A DNA stretch of 64,000 nucleotides from an uncultured Pirellula sp. (GTDB lineage Bacteria > Planctomycetota > Planctomycetia > Pirellulales > PNKZ01): positions 2,827 to 66,826 of the forward strand of contig CAZWDN010000001.1 of assembly GCA_964633125.1 (NCBI GenBank), in the 5' to 3' direction. The notes under the pieces were generated by a model. The model saw only the letters and a list, made by a program, of their open reading frames with translations. It was not told where the DNA came from and ran no database searches. The first letter of the stretch is position 1. The number at the start of each line of letters is the position of its first letter. The position numbers were made by a program, and so were the translations under genes. Below are positions 58,222-64,000 of the stretch, piece by piece.

Positions 58222-60885
58222 GTGTTGAAATGTTCGGGATGTCATTCGGCGTTTAGCGCTACGGCGAAGTTTTGCAGCGAATGCGGTCGCCGACGCGAGA
58301 CGGATCACACCGCGCCGCGAAACCCCGCCGCGCCGTCCACCGCTTCGACGAGCTCCGCGCTCCCGAAGAACGCGTCGGGCACGGAAGCGACGCCTCCCGA
58401 TCGCGAGCGCCTTTCCGATGCCTCCAGCGCCTCGGTCATTTTACGACGACTGCGTGAGCGGCTGAAGGACCTACCGTACGCGGCGGATCCCGCGGCGCCG
58501 GAACCCGATCGCCAGGCGACGGAGTGCTTCATCGCGGCGATGAAGGTCGCCGGGATAGCGCTCTGGGATTGGAACATCGCCACGGGACACTTGACCTTCT
58601 TGAACAACTTCGAAGGCCTCTACGGGCCTCCGATGATGCAAGGTCCGTTGAATCCGGAGCAGGCGATCAAACTCGTCCACGCCGACGACCACGAATCGGT
58701 CGCCGCCGCCGGGAGCCGGACGATTCATTCCGGCGCGGACTTTCATTGCGAGTTCCGCGGCCGCTCGCCGAATGAGGACGGGTCGCCGCGATGGTTCGTC
58801 AGCCACGGACATTTCCGACCGGAAGCCGAGGGACGTTCGAGCCATATCGTCGGCGTCACTTGGGAAATCACCGACCGAGTGCGAACGGAGCATGCGCTGC
58901 GCCGCAGCGAAGCCGAAGCGCGCAAGCTCAGCATGGTCGCCAATCGCACGCACAATGCCGTCATCCTGACCGACGCGACCGGGCGGATCGAGTGGGTGAA
59001 CGACGGCTTTACGCGCCTGACGGGCTACTCGCTCTCGGAAGTCGTCGGACGCAAGCCGGGCTCCGTGCTGCAAGGCCCGGAATCCGATCGGCGCGTCTGC
59101 GCCGGCATGAGCGCCGCGATTCGTAGGGGCGAGGGATTCGAAGTCGAGCTCATCAACTACCATAAGTCCGGGCGGGCCTACTGGGTCGCCGTGGAAGCGC
59201 GGCCGATCTACGACGAGGCCGGGCGCGTCACGCAATTCATGGCGATCGAAAGCGATATTTCGGAGCGGAAGCGCGCGGAACAGGCGTTGCAGCAACTGAA
59301 TGAAGAACTCGAACGGCGCGTCGAGCGGCGCACCGAAGAACTGCAGCAACTCAACGCCGACTTACGAGTTCAGATCTCGGAGCGCGTCCAGGCCGAGGCC
59401 TCGCTACGAGCCAGCGAGCAACGCTTGCGAGAAATCGCCGACACGATCCACGAGGCGTTCTGGATCGCAACGCCGGAGTTCGATCGGGTTCTCTACGTGA
59501 GTCCCGGCTATGAGCGCGTTTGGGGGCGAAGCTGCGAAGGCCTATACGCGGCGCCTCGAGAGCTGCTCGAAAGCATTCCTGCCGACGACGCCGCGTACAT
59601 GCTGGAGCAACGGCGGCAGGGACGCTTGTATGATCGCGAATATCGCCTCGTTCGACGAGACGGGACGGTTCGTTGGGTTTGGAATCGGGGCTTTCCTATT
59701 CGCGACGAAGCCGGAGAAATCAGCCGCTACATCGACGTCGCGCTCGACATCACGGACCGCAGAAAAACCAAAGACGCCTTGCGAATGCATTCGCAGGTTT
59801 TGCTTTCCATGAACGAAGCCGTGTCCTTCGTCGACGAGCGAGGACTGATTCTCTTCACCAATCCGGCTTGCGAGGCGATGTTCGGCTATGAGCCCGGCGA
59901 GCTCGTCGGGCTCCCGGTGACGATCTGCAACGCGGCGACGCCGGAGGAGAACGAGCGCATCGTTCACGAAGTCATGACGACCGTCGCCGAACGGGGAGTT
60001 TGGGCGGGAGAGTTTCGCAACCTCAAGAAAGACGGCACAATCTTCTGGACCAACGCGCACATTTCCAAAGTCGCCGACGACGGAGTCGTTCGCTTTGTTT
60101 CGATTCAACAAGATATCACGGAGCGCAAGAAGGCGGACGAACAACTGACTTCGTTGAAGACCCAACTCGCTCACGCCTCGCGTCTCGGCACGCTCGGCGA
60201 AATGTCGGCCGGGTTGGCGCACGAATTAAACCAGCCGCTGACGGCGCTTTGCCTCTACGCGGCCGCCGCCCGCGACGCCGGAGCGTCGTTGAATTCGCCG
60301 CAACTTCAGGAGCATCTGCGGTATATCGATGAGCAAGCGCATCGCGCGGGAGAGATCATTCGCCGGATGCGGGCCTTCGCTTCACGACAGGCTTCGCGCC
60401 GCGAGCCGGCCGATATCAATCAATTGCTGCTCGAGGTCGCGGCAATTCTGCAAGGCGAATTGCGACAATCGCGCGTGCAAACCGTTTGGCGACTCGCGGA
60501 CGATCTCCCCTCGATATCCGTGGATCGCATTCAGATCCAGCAGGTGGTAGTTAATATAATTCGCAACGCCGTCGAAGCCATGCTACAACTCGGCGGCGAC
60601 GTCCGGCGATTGACGATTGGTTCGAAAATGGAAGGGAGCGCGATTCGAGTGAGCATCTCCGATACCGGCGCCGGACTTTCTCCGTCGGCCATGAGTACGC
60701 TTTTCGCCCCCTTTGAAAGCACGAAGTCGACCGGCCTCGGTCTTGGTTTGGCGATCTGTCGTACGCTCATCGAAGCGCACGGCGGTTCGATCGGCGTGAT
60801 TCCGGACAAGGCGCCCGGCGCCACGTTTTCCTTTGTGCTGCCCGTCGCTTCCGGCGCCGCGCCCGGACCCGAACAGCCTGCGTAG
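58222..60885 (+). CDS. Soluble multi-PAS sensor histidine kinase with N-terminal zinc-ribbon
   Basis: 887 aa. The N-terminus is MLKCSGCHSAFSATAKFCSECGRR (CxxC..CxxC). Roughly four PAS/PAC modules and coiled-coil linkers follow. The H-box is SAGLAHELNQPL. The HATPase has NAVEAM, DTGAGL and GLGLGLAICR. No hydrophobic segment. Confidence 0.85.
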   Translation: MLKCSGCHSAFSATAKFCSECGRRRETDHTAPRNPAAPSTASTSSALPKNASGTEATPPDRERLSDASSASVILRRLRERLKDLPYAADPAAPEPDRQATECFIAAMKVAGIALWDWNIATGHLTFLNNFEGLYGPPMMQGPLNPEQAIKLVHADDHESVAAAGSRTIHSGADFHCEFRGRSPNEDGSPRWFVSHGHFRPEAEGRSSHIVGVTWEITDRVRTEHALRRSEAEARKLSMVANRTHNAVILTDATGRIEWVNDGFTRLTGYSLSEVVGRKPGSVLQGPESDRRVCAGMSAAIRRGEGFEVELINYHKSGRAYWVAVEARPIYDEAGRVTQFMAIESDISERKRAEQALQQLNEELERRVERRTEELQQLNADLRVQISERVQAEASLRASEQRLREIADTIHEAFWIATPEFDRVLYVSPGYERVWGRSCEGLYAAPRELLESIPADDAAYMLEQRRQGRLYDREYRLVRRDGTVRWVWNRGFPIRDEAGEISRYIDVALDITDRRKTKDALRMHSQVLLSMNEAVSFVDERGLILFTNPACEAMFGYEPGELVGLPVTICNAATPEENERIVHEVMTTVAERGVWAGEFRNLKKDGTIFWTNAHISKVADDGVVRFVSIQQDITERKKADEQLTSLKTQLAHASRLGTLGEMSAGLAHELNQPLTALCLYAAAARDAGASLNSPQLQEHLRYIDEQAHRAGEIIRRMRAFASRQASRREPADINQLLLEVAAILQGELRQSRVQTVWRLADDLPSISVDRIQIQQVVVNIIRNAVEAMLQLGGDVRRLTIGSKMEGSAIRVSISDTGAGLSPSAMSTLFAPFESTKSTGLGLGLAICRTLIEAHGGSIGVIPDKAPGATFSFVLPVASGAAPGPEQPA

Positions 60886-60901
60886 CGGCCGACTATTGAC
60901 G

Positions 60902-61279
60902 ATGAAACAAGTCGCCACCGTCTACGTCGTCGATGATGAGGAGCCGATTCGCAACGCATTCGAGGTGTTGCTGCGCGGTCGAGCAATGGAAGTCCGCACA
61001 TTCTCCTCCGCCGAAGCGTTCTTGCACGCGTATGCGGACGACTGGGTCGGCGTGCTGCTCGTCGATGCAAGAATGCCGGATATGGACGGCTCGGCTCTGT
61101 GCCGGGAGTTGGAGCGGCGCAACAGCTCGCTGCGAATCATCCTCATGACCGGCGACGAAGACGCCGACTCGCTGACGGCGGCTTTGGGCGGCGGAGTCCG
61201 GATGCTGGAGAAGCCTTTTAAGGCCGAAGAGGTCGTGAACTCCTTGCTGGCGAGCGGGATGTTTTCTCGGCAGACGTGA
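60902..61279 (+). CDS. Single-domain response regulator receiver
   Basis: Start MKQVATVYVVDDEEPIR. Contains VLLVDARMPDMDG, LMTG and LEKPF. It has no output domain and starts 16 nt after the kinase stop. Confidence 0.8.
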   Translation: MKQVATVYVVDDEEPIRNAFEVLLRGRAMEVRTFSSAEAFLHAYADDWVGVLLVDARMPDMDGSALCRELERRNSSLRIILMTGDEDADSLTAALGGGVRMLEKPFKAEEVVNSLLASGMFSRQT

Positions 61280-61441
61280 GTCGCGAACGGAGCCGCGTCA
61301 ACCGCTGATTTGGCCGGCCAAAACCGCTCTGGAATTTGGGCCGGCGATTCGGGGACAATGCGGAGTGAGGCGCGGCATCGTCGTGGCCCCGGATGAGTCG
61401 TCGGGGGGCCAAGTAAGAAGGGGAGATGCCGCGCGGCGAAA

Positions 61442-61650
61442 TCGACGTAAGTCTTTCGATTTGCGACGCGCTTTCGCCGGACTTACGTCGACGGTCGAAA
61501 ACGACCTGCGCACATAAGTCGAGTTATGTGCGCACAACCCCAAAACCCACAAGGGGTGCGCACATAACTCGACTTATGTGCGCACCCTATCACCGAGAGT
61601 CGACTTAAGTCGCGCAGCGGCGAGTCGAAACCGGCAGAACTTACGTCGAC
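61442..61650. repeat. About 209-bp structured unit bounded by 11-bp terminal inverted repeats (MITE/REP-like or multi-hairpin terminator)
   Basis: TCGACGTAAGT at 61442-61452 matches the reverse complement of ACTTACGTCGA at 61639-61649. An internal copy, GACTTACGTCGACGG, lies at 61480-61494, and ACTTACGTCGACGG is repeated at 61639-61652. Also present are the GGTCG-AAAA-CGACC hairpin (61493-61506), the 28-bp pair, and the 12-bp palindrome CGACTTAAGTCG (61601-61612). The unit lies between convergent genes. I see no target-site duplication. Confidence 0.55.
61507..61584. repeat. Perfect 28-bp inverted repeat pair (each copy itself an 11-6-11 palindrome) separated by 22 bp
   Basis: Copy 1 (61507-61534) is TGCGCACATAAGTCGAGTTATGTGCGCA. 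Copy 2 (61557-61584) is TGCGCACATAACTCGACTTATGTGCGCA, the exact reverse complement of copy 1. Within each copy, TGCGCACATAA pairs with TTATGTGCGCA. The spacer is CAACCCCAAAACCCACAAGGGG. Confidence 0.95.
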
Positions 61651-61740
61651 GGGAGTGCGCGAATGAGCGTCGAACATTTAGCCCCCGGTCGCCGACGGCG
61701 GGTCCCCTGCGCGAAGCGCCGGCTCAAGGAGAGCATGACG

Positions 61741-62157
61741 CTACGACTCCAGAAACTTTTTGATCCGCTCAGCCGTGCGATCCAGAGCTTGCGGCTTCAG
61801 TCGGCATTCCCAAACGACGAGGGCGCGCCAGCCTTCGCGGCGCAGAAGTTTGCGAACTTCGGCGTCGCGGGCCTGATTGCGGGCAAACTTTGCGAGCCAG
61901 AACTTCTTGTTGGCGGCGGGCGTCGACCGGCCGCGCGGGCAGCGGTGGCGGTGCCAGAAGCAGCCGTGAACAAAAATGACTTTGCGCCGACCGGCAAACA
62001 CCAAGTCGGGGCTGCCGGGAACGTGGCGGCCGTGGAGCCGATAGCGATAGCCGAGACTCGACACGATGCGGCGGACCGTCAACTCCGGCGACGTGTGGCG
62101 CGAGCGGACGGCTTGCATCACGCGACTACGCTCAGCGACGGTAAACACATCGGTCAT
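61741..62157 (-). CDS. vsr: Very short patch repair endonuclease (Vsr)
   Basis: Start MTDVFTVAERSRVMQAVRSRHTSPE (138 aa). Vsr hallmarks: RYRLHGRHVPGSPDLVF, IFVHGCFWHRHRC, NKKFWLAKFARNQARD and GWRALVVWEC. Confidence 0.8.
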   Translation of the reverse strand: MTDVFTVAERSRVMQAVRSRHTSPELTVRRIVSSLGYRYRLHGRHVPGSPDLVFAGRRKVIFVHGCFWHRHRCPRGRSTPAANKKFWLAKFARNQARDAEVRKLLRREGWRALVVWECRLKPQALDRTAERIKKFLES

Positions 62158-62450
62158 GCGGCGGCGACGCGGCGAAGGGGAGCAGTGAGCGTTCGTAAGG
62201 AAACAATCAGCAACACGGCCGCCACGACGCCCGGATGCGGCGGGATGTCTTGGTCGCACGGGATGCCGCGGCGGAGCCCTTCATGATAACGTTGCCACGC
62301 TTCGGCGACATGAATCGGCGCCGCTCGATGAGCGACGGCGGTCGGCGGGGAACCGGCGGGGTTCGAGTCGCCGCCGATTTGTTGAATGATCTGCCAACCG
62401 CAGAGCACCGCCGTGGTGAAGAGCACCAAATGAACGAAGTAACGCAGCAT
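62154..62450 (-). CDS. Possible small two-helix membrane protein translationally coupled to vsr
   Basis: Start MLRYFVHLVLFTTAVLCGWQII (98 aa), with a C-terminal hydrophobic stretch GVVAAVLLIVSL. G/C dominates at third codon positions. The stop overlaps the vsr ATG (ATGA). No family recognised, so it could be spurious. Confidence 0.35.
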   Translation of the reverse strand: MLRYFVHLVLFTTAVLCGWQIIQQIGGDSNPAGSPPTAVAHRAAPIHVAEAWQRYHEGLRRGIPCDQDIPPHPGVVAAVLLIVSLRTLTAPLRRVAAA

Positions 62451-62844
62451 GAAGGGGTGTCCTCGGCCGGAAGCGTTTTCGATTTCGCACGGAGTTCGCC
62501 GGGCACGCGGGGCTCGGACGACGGAGTGCGGTTGCTTCGGGAAAAGCAAAGCAAGGGCCGCTCCCGACGGCCGACGATGTTGCGCGCGTCTAACGCTTAC
62601 GCGGCAGGAGAGTTGCGCCGTTTTCCCACGCCGGCGCGAACCGCGCCGGAAGCGGCGGGAACGTTGCCGACGGTCAACGTCGTGTGGTGTTTGGGCAACA
62701 CGCCGTCTGCGGATGTGCGAAAACGGGCGGTGTGGTTTGCCGCGTGCCGCGTAATGACCTACGTTTTCGATGCTGAACGCATGCGCCTGAGCAAGTGCGT
62801 ATCGGTCCCGCCTGATGCACCTTCCGCCCTCACGAGGACGCGTA

Positions 62845-63771
62845 ATGTCCGCCAACGCTCCTGTTCAACCGATCAACCTTGCGAAACTACTCGCCGGGCA
62901 ACAACTTCCCGCGCTCCCGCAAAGCGCGCTGGCGGTGATGGAAGTGGCCAAGAACGCGCAAAACGGCCCGGCCGAGTATGCCGCGCCGATCGAGGCGGAC
63001 CCCGGCCTGACGGCGCAGGTTCTCAAGTTCGTGAACTCTTCGTACTTCGGCTTCGGCCGCGAGGTGCGGAGCGTGAAGCACGCCGTGGGATTGGTCGGCG
63101 GACGAACGATCAAGAACTTCGTGCTCTGGACGGCCGTCTTCAACGTGATGCCGAATCCCAAGTCGGGACCGTTCGATCTGAAGAGCTTGCGGCAGGATTC
63201 GCTCCGCCGCGGATTGCTGGCACGGGCGCTCGGCAAACGTCTGACGCCGAAGGACTCGGAAGAACTCTTCGCGGCCGCGCTCTTGCAGGATATGGGAATT
63301 CCGATTTTGGCCAAGGTGTTGCCGCGCGAATACGGAGCACTGATGGAAGCCCGCAAGCAACGCGGTTTCGCGTTGAGCAGGCTGGAACGGGCCGCGTTCG
63401 GCTGGGACCACGCCGAGGCTGCGGCGTGCTTGGCCGACAATTGGAACCTGCCGCCGCAACTCGGCGAACTGATCCGCCGGCATACGTCGATCGACGCCGT
63501 GTTCGCCGAAACTCCGTTGCCGGTGCAAGCGGCGATCGTGGCGACGACGACGCTATTGCCGTCGGTGCTCGACGCGAACTGGACCGAGGCGGCGCGGTTC
63601 AACGAGTTTTTCGCACGGCTGGTCGGCGGCGCTACCGACATCTCCATCGAAGAAATCCTGACGGAAGTGGATGCGACCTTCGCGGAATTCGGCCCGACGC
63701 TGCAACTGGAGATCCCGGCCACGCGGCTGTCGGAGCGATTTGCCGTCGAGGCGGCGACTTCGGCCGCCTAG
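62845..63771 (+). CDS. HDOD domain-containing signalling protein
   Basis: Start MSANAPVQPINL. HDOD pattern: LPALPQSALAVMEV.., DPGLTAQVLKFVNSSYFGFGREVRSVKHAVGLVG and ..LLQDMGIPILA.. . Confidence 0.8.
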   Translation: MSANAPVQPINLAKLLAGQQLPALPQSALAVMEVAKNAQNGPAEYAAPIEADPGLTAQVLKFVNSSYFGFGREVRSVKHAVGLVGGRTIKNFVLWTAVFNVMPNPKSGPFDLKSLRQDSLRRGLLARALGKRLTPKDSEELFAAALLQDMGIPILAKVLPREYGALMEARKQRGFALSRLERAAFGWDHAEAAACLADNWNLPPQLGELIRRHTSIDAVFAETPLPVQAAIVATTTLLPSVLDANWTEAARFNEFFARLVGGATDISIEEILTEVDATFAEFGPTLQLEIPATRLSERFAVEAATSAA

Positions 63772-64000
63772 GCTGCGGGCTCATGCGGCCGTGCCGCCGG
63801 GCACAGGCGCACTGGGGCACCGGCGCACTGGGGCAGGGACGCGAGGTCGGACACTTTGCCGGCAGTGGTCGACGTCCGGCGTTCGTACGACGTTTCGGCG
63901 CGGACGTTTCCGGGGGCGTCGTTCCGGAGCACCCCCTGCGGACATTTTCAGCGGCGGGACAAATTCCGCCGCTCCGGCACGGTTCACGGTAGTTTTCACT

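Noticed and set aside
63806-63835. Tandem direct repeat GGCGCACTGGGGCA x2 (16-nt period) near the right edge.
   Set aside because: There are only two copies with no spacer-repeat architecture, so it is not a CRISPR array. It lies in an unresolved edge region, and slippage or chance is the likely cause.
62235-63992. 585-aa plus-strand ORF spanning the vsr-upstream region and the whole HDOD gene.
   Set aside because: Its composition is Arg-rich and low-complexity, and it is out of frame with the well-supported HDOD protein (62845-63771). No motifs found.
63781-63999. 72-aa minus-strand ORF at the window edge.
   Set aside because: Its composition is Arg/Pro-rich, it has no motif, and it is truncated by the window. 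I cannot tell whether a real gene enters from the right.

Overview
High-GC bacterial chromosomal window, almost fully coding, with about 55 genes. The gene content is PSCyt1/DUF1549/DUF1553 plus DUF1501 pairs, a TIGR03067-type protein, a sulfatase and many Tat/Sec-signal enzymes. This points to Planctomycetota (Pirellulales-like); that is inference from family distribution, not a search result. Layout: (1) 1-8315 is a tight minus-strand operon. Its core is an aminoacyl-tRNA-synthetase-like amino acid:carrier-protein ligase with its carrier protein, an acyl-CoA-dehydrogenase-like enzyme and a DUF1839 protein. It is extended by a GH2 glycosidase, a tandem alpha/beta-hydrolase with non-serine elbows and a GT2 glycosyltransferase that runs off the window. 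This is my best candidate for an undescribed system. (2) 8.5-12.5 kb is a small decayed accessory patch: GNAT, a truncated HlyD adaptor, a 3'-truncated IS3 element with a GGGAAAC frameshift site, a tRNA 3'-end-like fragment and an orphan 561-aa membrane-anchored protein. (3) 12.7-46.4 kb holds mostly exported or metabolic enzymes. These include a sulfatase, a PaoABC-like Mo-hydroxylase whose small subunit has a degenerate first [2Fe-2S] site, fhs, DUF1501/PSCyt genes, cytochrome c peroxidase and others. (4) 46.4-55.8 kb is a ten-gene chemosensory operon with a CheA carrying two HPt and two CheW-like domains, a soluble PAS-MCP, three receiver proteins and two CheX phosphatases. (5) 56-61.3 kb is a FixLJ/FixK-like regulatory patch. 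(6) 61.4-61.65 kb is a densely nested palindromic element between convergent genes, followed by an orphan vsr and an HDOD gene. I saw no rRNA, intact tRNA, CRISPR array or prophage. All family calls come from reading motifs by eye, with no searches run. I moved starts inward from the ORF track where the N-terminal extension was Arg-rich or overlapped the upstream gene.
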